DNA of 64,000 nt. It comes from a phage. The notes beneath the pieces were generated by a model. The model saw only the letters and a program-made list of their open reading frames with translations. It did no database searches and was not told where the DNA came from. How positions within the stretch are numbered: position 1 is the first letter of the stretch; every line of letters begins with the position of its first letter. The position numbers were made by a program, and so were the translations under genes. The stretch is from assembly GCA_012813795.1 (NCBI GenBank), contig GCA_012813795.1_4087.1, one strand, 5' to 3'. This document shows positions 18,642-28,733 of the stretch, one piece after another.

Positions 18642-19594
18642 TACATATTTCCTGAACAAATCAAGTCAATTTCACATAGTAATGCACTCAGGTTCATCTC
18701 ACGATCAGAAACTGTTGATTGTTTGACAACTGCATCACGGATTTTAACCTTGATTTTCATTAGTGTGATTTCATCAGTACTGAACATTTCTGCATTACGA
18801 TACAGATACGAGAAAAACGCATCCATTTCGTCATCAGGGATATTTTGAACAATCTGCTCACGCATCTGACGAATGTTTCCCGCCTTTAATGCATCAACGA
18901 TTGCCGTGCGATACCCAGCAGAATTCTCAATACTGTCTTCTAGTTTTACTAGTTTACCATCAACTACTGAACTCTGCAATACGTTTAATGTTTTGCGGAA
19001 GTCAGGGTACGATGCATTGATGTATTGCTGCACTTGATCAATACTTTCTTCTGATGATAAATCTACACCCTCAGCTAACAGTACGTTGATGATACGGGTC
19101 ATAAACTGTTCCATATCATGCTTCTCGATTGTAATTACTTGCACACGAGAAATAATAGGTTTCAAAATTTTATGTGGCTCATTACTGGTTAGAATAAAAC
19201 GAGCATTCTCGTGATAATCTTCCATGACACGCTTCAGGCTACCTTGTGCTTTGTGGTTCATCTGTTCCATTTCTTCCAGAACAAATACACGATAACGTCC
19301 AAAACATGATAGTTTTGCGGCAGCGTCAATCTTATCACGCACAGCATCAATACCCTCATCTGACATGTTTAGAGTTGTTACATCACTTGGGTCCAGGTGA
19401 CCATTAGCTTCAAGTCCATTTAGTAGTACTTTAATCGCTGAAGTTTTTCCTGTACCAGCGGGACCAAAGAATCCAATATGTGGAATATTGCCAGTACAAA
19501 TCCATTCTTCCATCTTTTTACGAAGAGCATCATTTTTGAAAACGTAATCTTCTAGGGTTTGTGGGCGATATTTTTCAGTCCATAGTGTAGTCAT
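18641..19594 (-). CDS. 44: clamp loader ATPase subunit (T4 gp44-like)
   Basis: EKYRPQTL, Walker A GPAGTGKT, AAA+ clamp-loader layout; GAGGAA SD. Confidence 0.85.
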   Translation of the reverse strand: MTTLWTEKYRPQTLEDYVFKNDALRKKMEEWICTGNIPHIGFFGPAGTGKTSAIKVLLNGLEANGHLDPSDVTTLNMSDEGIDAVRDKIDAAAKLSCFGRYRVFVLEEMEQMNHKAQGSLKRVMEDYHENARFILTSNEPHKILKPIISRVQVITIEKHDMEQFMTRIINVLLAEGVDLSSEESIDQVQQYINASYPDFRKTLNVLQSSVVDGKLVKLEDSIENSAGYRTAIVDALKAGNIRQMREQIVQNIPDDEMDAFFSYLYRNAEMFSTDEITLMKIKVKIRDAVVKQSTVSDREMNLSALLCEIDLICSGNM

Positions 19595-19613
19595 TTATTA
19601 TTCCTCATGTAAA

Positions 19614-19883
19614 TTAGTGAGTCCAATCTGATAGATGGTATAGTAGTGCGGTGAATAGGTCTTCTGTCATCTCCAACTGATTAAAGAGATAGTCAAAAGA
19701 ATTTACTTTATTGTCAATGCCCCTGGCTTTTGCATTCGCAGCAACCACAAGTAAGTGCTTAAATACATCGTGAGATACTTCATAAACATATTTGGTATTC
19801 TTCCTATCTTCAAACAAAAATCTATTATTCTTTGAAACAAGTTGAACATCCGAAAAGCTAAACTTATCATTATCTGTAATCAT
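19614..19883 (-). CDS. hypothetical protein
   Basis: ORF track. Confidence 0.45.
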   Translation of the reverse strand: MITDNDKFSFSDVQLVSKNNRFLFEDRKNTKYVYEVSHDVFKHLLVVAANAKARGIDNKVNSFDYLFNQLEMTEDLFTALLYHLSDWTH

Positions 19884-19937
19884 ATTATATAACCAAATAA
19901 AAAGCCCAGAATATATATTCCGAGCTTACTTTTATAA

Positions 19938-20261
19938 TTAACGTCCAAATGTTTGTACTGAAGTACGTGGGTCTTCATCGGAAACCAAAGATACTGCGGC
20001 TGGGTAATCAACTAAGTTTAATTGAACACCATCAACCTCAATAGTTCTGGACCAGCGACCGTGGTCAATAAGAATCCATTGACCTTCTTTGATATCAGTT
20101 ATATCTTCACCAACTGAATAAACTTTAGCCCAACGACAACGAATACCACGAATTTTACCGTCATCATTTGTTAAAACAATTCCACCAGCAGTTTTTCGTT
20201 CGCCATGTTCTAAATCAGTAACCAGTACTTTTCCCTTACATGCTGTCATAACTTTAGACAT
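19938..20261 (-). CDS. GroES-like co-chaperonin (T4 gp31 functional analogue)
   Basis: KTAGGIVLT matches GroES KSAGGIVLT; overall GroES pattern; CAGGAG SD. Confidence 0.75.
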   Translation of the reverse strand: MSKVMTACKGKVLVTDLEHGERKTAGGIVLTNDDGKIRGIRCRWAKVYSVGEDITDIKEGQWILIDHGRWSRTIEVDGVQLNLVDYPAAVSLVSDEDPRTSVQTFGR

Positions 20262-20266
20262 TTGTA

Positions 20267-20629
20267 TTACTCCTGATCTTTAGTTTTTGCTCTGCGTGGT
20301 GCTTTCTTCTCTTCAGGTGAAACTGAAGGATCAACTGTTTCTTCGTTTTGTACAACGACATGCTCAACTTCAAAGCTTGCATCATCCCAACCATCATCAG
20401 AATAATCAGTGCTTTGTGCCTGATGTTCTGGAATATAGTCAGGAATTTGCATTTCACGTTCTTTCTCTTGAAGTAGTTCTTCACGAGTTTTAATTACAGT
20501 TCCACCAGAACCAATTTTATCACCACGAGCATTTAGTTTAGCATTACCCAATGCAACCTGATGTTGGTTCTGATATTTTAGCATATCCATATCAATGATA
20601 GTGCCACGATAAGTAGTATGTTTTGACAT
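20267..20629 (-). CDS. hypothetical protein
   Basis: AAGGGA SD; extended -10 upstream. Confidence 0.5.
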   Translation of the reverse strand: MSKHTTYRGTIIDMDMLKYQNQHQVALGNAKLNARGDKIGSGGTVIKTREELLQEKEREMQIPDYIPEHQAQSTDYSDDGWDDASFEVEHVVVQNEETVDPSVSPEEKKAPRRAKTKDQE

Positions 20630-20670
20630 ATAAAAATCCCTTTTCTAAGTGCTATAACGTCACAACAACC

Positions 20671-20680
20671 ATTATATCAC
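20671..20680 (-). promoter_or_regulatory. extended -10 element TGaTATAAT
   Basis: Minus strand GTGATATAAT about 42 nt upstream of ATG at 20629; weak -35. Confidence 0.3.
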
Positions 20681-20688
20681 ATGTTTCG

Positions 20689-21231
20689 TTACCATTTCAG
20701 AAATTCGTTCACATCGAGATCATACTTCAATGAGTCAACCATATGCAAACCAATCAGAAACAGACAATATGAGGCTACAGAACTACCACGCCCTAAGCCC
20801 CAGAAGATGTTGTGCTCTTCCATATAATCTACCAACCATATCATACAACGCAATAGCTTTGTCATATTATATTGTTCGTATAAATCAATTTCGTATTCCA
20901 CACGCTGTTTTGCTTCAGGTGTGGAACACTTTTGTAAAAAGAATTCTCTTAGATTGATATTGTCATACATTGGATCATAACGCCATAACTCATGATTACT
21001 ATCATGGTCAATTGTATAATCCAACATACGTTGCTCTAGTCCAAATTTTTTACAGTTATCGTTAAACTTCAAACGCTCTTGTTCATCTATATCTTGTAAT
21101 TGTAAGTACTGAATATCTGAACCACAATTCATAGCATAAACTACAGCATTTAAATTACATTTAACATCACCATTGGGACTTATATATCTGTTTCCTTGAA
21201 CTTTCATTTGTCTTTTTACTATCCTCTTCAT
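20689..21231 (-). CDS. hypothetical protein with DnaE-like GxGRGS segment
   Basis: WGLGRGSSVASYCLFLIGLHMVD resembles Pol III alpha GPGRGSAAGSLVAY region; start uncertain. Confidence 0.4.
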   Translation of the reverse strand: MKRIVKRQMKVQGNRYISPNGDVKCNLNAVVYAMNCGSDIQYLQLQDIDEQERLKFNDNCKKFGLEQRMLDYTIDHDSNHELWRYDPMYDNINLREFFLQKCSTPEAKQRVEYEIDLYEQYNMTKLLRCMIWLVDYMEEHNIFWGLGRGSSVASYCLFLIGLHMVDSLKYDLDVNEFLKW

Positions 21232-21475
21232 CTGATAGATAAGAATTCATATCAAAAATACATGGATCAGCTTCCTCGTATGTATCTTTCTCTTTTCTAC
21301 CTTGTCGTAAAGTCATTTCTTCATAGCACTGATTCAGTACTATCTGCATGTTACCAATGATAGAATCACTCATACCAGCGGCACGAGCGGAACTAATACG
21401 TAAACTTTGATCATTAATCTTTTGTTGGAGTTCTTTATCACTCATACCAGAAGGGTCATAAAATGGATTAAACAT
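21167..21475 (-). CDS. hypothetical protein
   Basis: ORF track; overlaps next gene. Confidence 0.4.
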   Translation of the reverse strand: MFNPFYDPSGMSDKELQQKINDQSLRISSARAAGMSDSIIGNMQIVLNQCYEEMTLRQGRKEKDTYEEADPCIFDMNSYLSDEEDSKKTNESSRKQIYKSQW

Positions 21476-21487
21476 ATTTTTCTCCTA

Positions 21488-23875
21488 TTATATTATGTCA
21501 TTCTGTAAAGCAATTCTAAATGTATCATGTACATAACGTTCATGGTCCTGTGCAAAGTATCCAAATTCAACAGCAGTTACTTCGAATTCAGTACTAACCA
21601 TAGAACTATGCTCATTGTTTTGTAACAACATTTGGAAAAATGCTTCACCCTTACCAGGCAAACAGTATGCTACTGGAATGATAGGCATGAATTTCTTCTC
21701 AATACCATCTTCGATATATGGATGGTTCATGAAGCGTGGAACTGTGTCAATCATCTCATCACTTATGCCTGGTATAGCATCCACATATAGACCACGATTG
21801 ACTAAATCAGTTGGGTCTTTAACCAAGTTTGTTGTATCTTCACCAACAGCCTTATAGATGTTTTGGCGTAAACCAAACAACTCAGCAAGTAAACCATTAT
21901 CTACATTAGTGTAAATTCGAGGGTTGGTGGATACTACAACTTGTGTTCCTTCTGGATGAAGTTCTCTAAACACCAAATCATACAGAAGATTCCCTTTGTT
22001 GTCAAGTGCTGACATGATTTTATAATTACCAATAACCATCTTGAATTTACCATTGGGAATAGTAGCCCCTGATGGATCTATAATATTCTCACGGAGAACT
22101 TTTTTCAAATCACTTAAGTTGGTGTAATTATAGTTCTGATTTACAAAGTTTTCTTTCAATAGAATTCTAGGAACTTTCTGTAACCCATATCTATCATCAG
22201 ATTGACGATGGAATCCAAAATTAGCAAATGTTTGAGTACTGATGCATTTAAACCAATCACGCTCAAACTGTACCGATGGTACAATATGTGAACTCAAATG
22301 ATTTTGTCCCAACCCACGAACGATTTTTAATTTGAAATCACCAATAACACTACTACCCTCGGTGTCATACACTTCAACCTTGAAATTCAATTTTATATCA
22401 TCATTGGCACTAAAATCAGTACTTAATGCATATGCAGTTCCTACAAGATAACCGTCAGGGGTAAGGTCCAATCCATATTTAGTTATATCATCACCACCTG
22501 CCAATACACAAGATACTTGATTCTTACTATTAGTGAGTATTCGTGGGTATACCGTATGTCCGAAATATTCACCAACATGGATGGTTCCCAAGTCTGGATC
22601 GGTGATTATCTGTATAGATGAACCTTCTGCGGCGTTTTCCAAAAATCGGAACATACGTTTCTCACCAATAATACCACTACCTAAAGATACGTCATAATAA
22701 CCTAAATCATTCCAATCTGAACTTTTGAATAATGGTTTTATCATACCTTCATCATATTCACCACTAATAACATATGGATAAACAACGTTATCCCTTAACT
22801 GGTATAAATGGTTAGGTTTGGGTTTTTCATCAGTTGCAGCAATAGTAGATACATCATTTGGACATACCCACATTTGATATGCTTTGAAACGTTGGTCGAT
22901 TGCAAAACGTTCAGCGAGTGTAATGTATGTTTTAAGAATATCTACAATTTCAATCTTAAAGTAAACATCCGTTGGTTCGGATTCATGTAAGAATGTTTGT
23001 AAGAATTGCCCATTAGGGTTAAAGGAAAGACCACTTTTTGTTATCTTCCCAGTGTCATCAACTATGTTAACTTTAACTTCTTTATTAATTCCATCAACTG
23101 GAAATGCTAAATCATCAGGGCGTAGGTAAGCTGCTTTACCTGTAACGTGTCTTGTTGGTAAATCCTGTTCAGTTATATCCAGTAGGCGATACGCTGGAAA
23201 GAACACACGAGGACTAGTATCGGTCGCACTATCTACATTTGGCTGGTATGGACGTTTACGACCGAAGCCTTGAATGAACAAAGTACTGTCAGAACCATAT
23301 TCAATATCACCAATGCAATATAATCGATCGTCATCTGTGATAGTTAATCCAGGGGTTACCCATATTTCTTTACTATCAAAAGTTACTGTTGCTTTGTTTG
23401 CACGCAACAAACCAGATGGTGAAATGTTCCCAAAATGCATAACATTAACTGCCTGTAAATTGAAAACAACACTCTCAACGTTGTTAAATGTACCATCACG
23501 CTTACAATGCAACTTTAGATAATAAACATCTTCACTGATTATAGTACTTGGAAGATAAAAATTATTCTTTTGTATTCTACACTTATGTCTTCCATTTAAA
23601 AACTGGTTTCCAGTGGTTCCGTCCGATAGTGGGACTAAATTTCGTGGGTCATTACCAACAAATAATGAATAATGGTTTTCAGCGTTAAAAACATTACCAA
23701 CATTATCTAAACATTGTATAGTGAAAATCATCTCTAAGTATTCGTTTTCACTTAGTGTATAGCTATCACCTGTAGTTCCTTCTTTATTGATACTTAATCT
23801 AATAAGAATGTCAGATCCTTCTTGAATATATTGAGTATCAGCCTTTAAATCCCAATACGGGGTAAAAGATGCCAT
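21488..23875 (-). CDS. large hypothetical protein, probably late/structural
   Basis: 795 aa, beta-rich composition; TATAAATA late-type box and GGAGAAA SD upstream. Confidence 0.6.
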   Translation of the reverse strand: MASFTPYWDLKADTQYIQEGSDILIRLSINKEGTTGDSYTLSENEYLEMIFTIQCLDNVGNVFNAENHYSLFVGNDPRNLVPLSDGTTGNQFLNGRHKCRIQKNNFYLPSTIISEDVYYLKLHCKRDGTFNNVESVVFNLQAVNVMHFGNISPSGLLRANKATVTFDSKEIWVTPGLTITDDDRLYCIGDIEYGSDSTLFIQGFGRKRPYQPNVDSATDTSPRVFFPAYRLLDITEQDLPTRHVTGKAAYLRPDDLAFPVDGINKEVKVNIVDDTGKITKSGLSFNPNGQFLQTFLHESEPTDVYFKIEIVDILKTYITLAERFAIDQRFKAYQMWVCPNDVSTIAATDEKPKPNHLYQLRDNVVYPYVISGEYDEGMIKPLFKSSDWNDLGYYDVSLGSGIIGEKRMFRFLENAAEGSSIQIITDPDLGTIHVGEYFGHTVYPRILTNSKNQVSCVLAGGDDITKYGLDLTPDGYLVGTAYALSTDFSANDDIKLNFKVEVYDTEGSSVIGDFKLKIVRGLGQNHLSSHIVPSVQFERDWFKCISTQTFANFGFHRQSDDRYGLQKVPRILLKENFVNQNYNYTNLSDLKKVLRENIIDPSGATIPNGKFKMVIGNYKIMSALDNKGNLLYDLVFRELHPEGTQVVVSTNPRIYTNVDNGLLAELFGLRQNIYKAVGEDTTNLVKDPTDLVNRGLYVDAIPGISDEMIDTVPRFMNHPYIEDGIEKKFMPIIPVAYCLPGKGEAFFQMLLQNNEHSSMVSTEFEVTAVEFGYFAQDHERYVHDTFRIALQNDII

Positions 23876-23908
23876 TTTATTTCTCCATAGCTACTAATAT
23901 CTATAGAT

Positions 23909-23916
23909 TATTTATA
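23909..23916 (-). promoter_or_regulatory. T4 late-promoter-like TATAAATA box
   Basis: Minus strand TATAAATA about 35 nt upstream of ATG at 23875. Confidence 0.35.
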
Positions 23917-23927
23917 TAAAGGAGGAA

Positions 23928-23948
23928 GGAAGACCCATAGGGTCTTCC
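23928..23948 (-). terminator. hairpin ggaagaccc-ata-gggtcttcc plus U-rich tail
   Basis: 9-bp perfect stem downstream of the topoisomerase medium subunit gene. Confidence 0.5.
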
Positions 23949-23956
23949 ATTATATA

Positions 23957-25369
23957 TTAATCTTCAGACTTAGGTGTAAAGTCCATTTTTAGTAATTCTT
24001 GTAGTTCTTCTTTATAGATATTCCAGATTTTATCTTGGTTATTAAGTAAATCATTATAACTATCCATTAGATCTAGATTATCTTGAATGTCTTTCAGTAC
24101 TACATCGTAATTATCTTTCGTCCAGCGATAAGATGGGAAGTTTACAATACTCTGGATATTCTCAGATGTAGCTTCGATTTCAGTATTAAGCGAAGTTACA
24201 AATTCAACCATTTCAGCACGGTTTGCAAAGCCTTTTACTTTACCAATCATGTCATTATCAAAACACTCTTTGATGAGAATCTTATAACGAACTTCGGCTG
24301 CACAGTCTTCCAGTTTCTTCTCATATCGCTTCACATAGTATTTGAAACGGAAATTTACGAAATCTTTAATCAGGTCAAGTGTACTGTCATATACACGAAC
24401 TTTACCATTTTCACCAAGAACAGTTAACAATTGAGTCATTTTCTTATTCAATCCAAAATACTCAATTACATCAGCTTCGGTCCATTTTTGAGAAATTCCG
24501 CGTGGTAGTTTGATCGTGATATCAATAACATCAGTACTATCATTATCGTAATCACGAATATCACCATCATCACTCATCTTGATTAGTTTTTCGATAAACT
24601 TTTCAATACTATAATTGGGTGGAAGACCTGTCACTTTAACAGTACTTGCGTCAATTACCTGTGCTTTACCATAAAATTCATATTTGTTTTCGTCTAGTTT
24701 AGTTACTATATCACTAGCACCAACCGATGCATAATATGGTGTCATTTCTTTAAGGGGTTTCCCTTCAATTGCACGAATACAGTTCTTTATTACATCCTCA
24801 ATCTTATGTGGAAGAATTGTACTCTTATACCCTACTGACATACTATCATTACCAAACAATGCTAATGGGATGATAGGTAGGAAGTGTACTGGTTCCATTG
24901 TAGTACCATCATAGTTCTCTTTCATTGGAATTATATCCATATCACGTAGAACTAATGCTTCAGTCGTTTTTGTCTTTTTGACGTAGGTATAACGAGCAGA
25001 TGCCGGAGTACTGTTAACTTGTGTCCCGAAACCACCACGCTTACCAATCAGTGGGTAGTTGTTAGCAACTGGACTAGCTAGGTTTTGTAATGTTCCTGAT
25101 GCAGATGTGTCACCATGAACGTAAATCCCATCACTGATCATACGACCTGCACATGAAACAGTTTTAATCTCCCCACTGATTTTGGATAATGTGAAGATTG
25201 CTTTACGTTGAGAACTCTTGAGTCCGTCAATCCCTGGGATAGCACGGTCAAGTGTGTACATTGAGTATTCTAATGATGTAGTATTGACATAATCTGAACT
25301 TTTATAATCAAGTAAAGTTAGAGTTAATTCATCAACATTTGTATTAGTGTTTTTCTTACTTTTAGCCAT
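23957..25369 (-). CDS. 52: DNA topoisomerase II medium subunit (T4 gp52-like, GyrA-type)
   Basis: YSMYTLDRAIPGIDGLKSSQRKAIF matches the GyrA-family N-terminal motif. Confidence 0.8.
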   Translation of the reverse strand: MAKSKKNTNTNVDELTLTLLDYKSSDYVNTTSLEYSMYTLDRAIPGIDGLKSSQRKAIFTLSKISGEIKTVSCAGRMISDGIYVHGDTSASGTLQNLASPVANNYPLIGKRGGFGTQVNSTPASARYTYVKKTKTTEALVLRDMDIIPMKENYDGTTMEPVHFLPIIPLALFGNDSMSVGYKSTILPHKIEDVIKNCIRAIEGKPLKEMTPYYASVGASDIVTKLDENKYEFYGKAQVIDASTVKVTGLPPNYSIEKFIEKLIKMSDDGDIRDYDNDSTDVIDITIKLPRGISQKWTEADVIEYFGLNKKMTQLLTVLGENGKVRVYDSTLDLIKDFVNFRFKYYVKRYEKKLEDCAAEVRYKILIKECFDNDMIGKVKGFANRAEMVEFVTSLNTEIEATSENIQSIVNFPSYRWTKDNYDVVLKDIQDNLDLMDSYNDLLNNQDKIWNIYKEELQELLKMDFTPKSED

Positions 25370-25417
25370 TCCATTGTCTCTTTGTTAAGCGGGGAACACC
25401 ATGTCCCCCTTATTACA

Positions 25418-27382
25418 TTATTCCATCCAGTTTTTACGATCATCAGCACGTTTCTTGTTGAAAATCAAATCTAATGTTTCACCAAGACGACCGTCATCAG
25501 TAATTGCTACTGCAACACTATTCGTAAATGCATCGCGGAAGTTACTTTTTTCGAGTGTTCCTAAACCTTTCGCACGAGTTGCTTTCCACCCTTTCCAATC
25601 TTCAGGAATATATTCATGGACGTTATGACCATAAAAATACTTAGATTCCTTACCTTTCTCCAAGATAATAAATGGAGTTTTGAATACGTATACAAACGGA
25701 TTATCAGGATCTTGGAATAATTCGGGCCAGAATTTGTACAAGAAGTTACAAACTAGTGCACCAATGTTCTTACCATCCTCATCTTCGTCCGCACAGATAT
25801 ATAGCTTACCGTAATTCAAATCAGCACGGTCAGCTTTAACTCCAGGGACCAAGTTGATGCTTGCCATTATATCATGCAATGCCATAGAATCCATTAATTC
25901 TTTGGTTTTCTCATTCCCACTAACGTTCATAATCTTACCACGCAATGGGAGGATACCATGAATACTAGGAATACGAGCACTTGCCATGTTGGAAATAGCA
26001 GAGTCACCTTCCGCAACCAATAGAATACATTGTGAACGGTCAGTTCCAGTACTATCAAGTAGTTTTGCAACTTTACCTTTCAAAAGTTTCTTGGCAAGGC
26101 GACGGTCTTCTTCTGCGTCTTTCTTATTAGTACGGGCAGCACAACGTTCAAAAATCTCATCAACCCATTCTTTATTTTTCTTGACCAATTCATCAAACCA
26201 GTCAGTACTCATAGCTTGCTGAATAGGACGAATTACATTTTCATTAGTCAACTTAGATTTAATCTGTGAGTTGAATGATGGTGCTTTCATTGTAGTTACA
26301 TTGTAAATCAACAAACCTTCTTCAATATCAGAACGGTTTGGTTTCATCTTACGCTTCTTCGCTTCTTTCTCTAATGCAGTTCCTACCCCTAAAGAGAAGA
26401 ATTTCTTGAAGGTATCTAGATGTGTACCACCATCAAATGCTGGAGCATTATTCACAAGACCATGCATATGGAAGTTTGTGTTCATACCAGATACAGCATT
26501 AGGTACAATATAAAACGTACTATTGAAATTGAATGATTCATCTTTAACATTCAATGACATTAGTTTTGAAGCATTAAAGAGTGCCTTTTCTGTGCTTCCT
26601 TTAATTGCAATACGTTTACCATTCAAGAAGATTTTGTATGTTGGGTTCGCTGCTGCCATTTCTTTTAGAATACTATAAAGTAATTCAGTTGGTAGCTTGC
26701 GATTAGGAAATACTTCTTTACTTAGGGTAAAGCGAATAGTTGTACCAGTTTTATCGGATTGTACTTTTCGAATAGTTGGTTCATGTACATGAAGTTCAGG
26801 GAACATAATTGTACCTTCTTCAAACTTCTGTGTATATTTGTACATACCATCATAACCGTCATTACTGGATTGCGTTTTATATGGACGTCCGGTTCGGTGA
26901 ATTTCAAGTTCTGCTTTAGAGCTAACAATCATAGCCACAGAACCACCTAGACCGTTTTGACCGATTGTTTCATCACGCTTAGAATCATCAAAGTTACGAC
27001 CAGTTTTAGTTTCAGTCATTACCATCGTACAGAGGTTTTTCTCATACTCTGGGACATAATCAATCGGAATACCACGACCATTATCACTGATTTCGAAGGA
27101 AAGGTCTTCTTCATTGAAATCAACTTTCAGTACTGGTTCTTTCGTACCAGCTTTTTTGAATTCATCAAGACTGTTATCAATAATTTCACGAGTTGCAGTA
27201 AGAATTGCAGGAACCCATTCCATATTTTTTACAGCATAATCATTTTCACCAAAAATCAGTACTTGACTTTCGTGAATAGAACGAGAACCAAGATACATCT
27301 CAGTACGTAGACGAGCATGTTGATAATCGTTTAGACGTTGAACGTCATGTTCTTGTAGAACAGCACTTTCTTTCTTAGCCAT
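25418..27382 (-). CDS. 39: DNA topoisomerase II large subunit (T4 gp39/gp60-like, GyrB-type)
   Basis: GHKL ATPase motifs IIDNSLDE and DNGRGIP, TOPRIM LLVAEGDSA; AAGGA SD. Confidence 0.85.
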   Translation of the reverse strand: MAKKESAVLQEHDVQRLNDYQHARLRTEMYLGSRSIHESQVLIFGENDYAVKNMEWVPAILTATREIIDNSLDEFKKAGTKEPVLKVDFNEEDLSFEISDNGRGIPIDYVPEYEKNLCTMVMTETKTGRNFDDSKRDETIGQNGLGGSVAMIVSSKAELEIHRTGRPYKTQSSNDGYDGMYKYTQKFEEGTIMFPELHVHEPTIRKVQSDKTGTTIRFTLSKEVFPNRKLPTELLYSILKEMAAANPTYKIFLNGKRIAIKGSTEKALFNASKLMSLNVKDESFNFNSTFYIVPNAVSGMNTNFHMHGLVNNAPAFDGGTHLDTFKKFFSLGVGTALEKEAKKRKMKPNRSDIEEGLLIYNVTTMKAPSFNSQIKSKLTNENVIRPIQQAMSTDWFDELVKKNKEWVDEIFERCAARTNKKDAEEDRRLAKKLLKGKVAKLLDSTGTDRSQCILLVAEGDSAISNMASARIPSIHGILPLRGKIMNVSGNEKTKELMDSMALHDIMASINLVPGVKADRADLNYGKLYICADEDEDGKNIGALVCNFLYKFWPELFQDPDNPFVYVFKTPFIILEKGKESKYFYGHNVHEYIPEDWKGWKATRAKGLGTLEKSNFRDAFTNSVAVAITDDGRLGETLDLIFNKKRADDRKNWME

Positions 27383-27482
27383 TTTAATTCCTTTTAGTGT
27401 CTCTGTGTCTTGTGATATTGTATCACGAAAAGTTTATTTGTCTCAAAAAGAATTCGGAGAGCATAAAGCCCCCCGAATATAA

Positions 27483-27869
27483 TTACAAAAGAAGTAATCC
27501 AAAAATGATAACATAATGGGTAAAATGATGAATCATTTGATCATACCCTAACCACCACCAAAATTCAGCATCTTGTGGTGTGTGTTGTTTAGAGCCAACA
27601 ACTTTAACTCGGTCCATTACAAAATGAACAACTGCATCAATTGCAAGAAGCATGAAAAACACCTTCCACGTTGTTCCAATATAACAAGCAAAAATTGCAA
27701 TAATTATTGCAGTTCCTAATACATGAACAGCAACGTGTGCTGCCAATGGTAGAAACCACCCATGCTCTTTAAATTTACCAAGCATGTATTTGCCTTGGAA
27801 TATATAATCACACAGAAAATGTTTTATTTGAAATAATGCCAATAGCCCAAAAACTAAAAGTATACTCAT
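27483..27869 (-). CDS. small integral membrane protein (DUF3307-like)
   Basis: Several TM segments; HFLCDYIFQ N-terminal motif. Confidence 0.45.
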   Translation of the reverse strand: MSILLVFGLLALFQIKHFLCDYIFQGKYMLGKFKEHGWFLPLAAHVAVHVLGTAIIIAIFACYIGTTWKVFFMLLAIDAVVHFVMDRVKVVGSKQHTPQDAEFWWWLGYDQMIHHFTHYVIIFGLLLL

Positions 27870-27878
27870 ATAGTATCC

Positions 27879-28733
27879 TTATTTAACAAGGAGTAATTGT
27901 AACTCAGCACTTGGGCTTGTCTCATCATCACTCCAATATTTGTGAACTTTTTCTGGTGTTGCCTTTGCTAAAACTTCACCACCACCAACAATGTACACTT
28001 GATGTGATCCAATTAGTCTAGTCCAAAATTTAATTGCATCATCAGTGTGTAAACTATCACTAAGTATAGCGTAGCCGTGCTTTAGCATATCCATAAAGAT
28101 AGTGTAAATGATACCTTTTGTGCCTGTTTTAGATGCAGTTGCTGCGATTTCGAAAACATTCTGAACACCTAGTACTGCATCATTAGAAGTATAACCACTA
28201 ACAATAGCTAGTTGTTTACCGCTCTTATCATATGCGATAAAACCAGTACCATTCTTATTCTGATAAACGTCATAATCATTGTGCTTAGCAAAGATTACCA
28301 TGTTATGCTTACCTGTCATTTCTGCTGTCTTATCTACAAACTCATCACGGTCTTGGCCCTGAAAACTATCAAAGCGTTGTGGCATTTCTTCCAACTTCTC
28401 AGTATTTTCATAGAAGTGATGTTCTTTATTTTGACAACACTGTTCACACTCACAATCATCTGCGTGTACATCCATTGTATCATCAATTTCAGGATTGTCC
28501 TGTGCAATTTCTGCATCTTGAATGATATCCACCCAACCTTTCATTGAAGATTCAGTAGTTTTCTTTTTAACGTGTTGGGGCAACTTCGCCCCCTTTTTAA
28601 GATTTCCAGCTTTTTCATCAGCATGATTCCATTCCTTAGCAGTATCTGTTGATACACCATGTGATTTTGCAATCTCTGGGTCATGTGCCATAGCAGCAAA
28701 TAGTCTTGCTTGACTCTTAGATTTAGATGGCAT
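27879..28733 (-). CDS. hypothetical protein with central Cys cluster
   Basis: DDCECEQCCQNKEHH cluster; basic N-terminus. Confidence 0.5.
   Translation of the reverse strand: MPSKSKSQARLFAAMAHDPEIAKSHGVSTDTAKEWNHADEKAGNLKKGAKLPQHVKKKTTESSMKGWVDIIQDAEIAQDNPEIDDTMDVHADDCECEQCCQNKEHHFYENTEKLEEMPQRFDSFQGQDRDEFVDKTAEMTGKHNMVIFAKHNDYDVYQNKNGTGFIAYDKSGKQLAIVSGYTSNDAVLGVQNVFEIAATASKTGTKGIIYTIFMDMLKHGYAILSDSLHTDDAIKFWTRLIGSHQVYIVGGGEVLAKATPEKVHKYWSDDETSPSAELQLLLVK

Noticed and set aside
21488-23875. Calling the 795-aa protein rIIA because of its position next to topoisomerase genes
   Set aside because: No GHKL-ATPase-like N-terminal motifs were visible, and a late-type promoter suggests a structural role; left as hypothetical.
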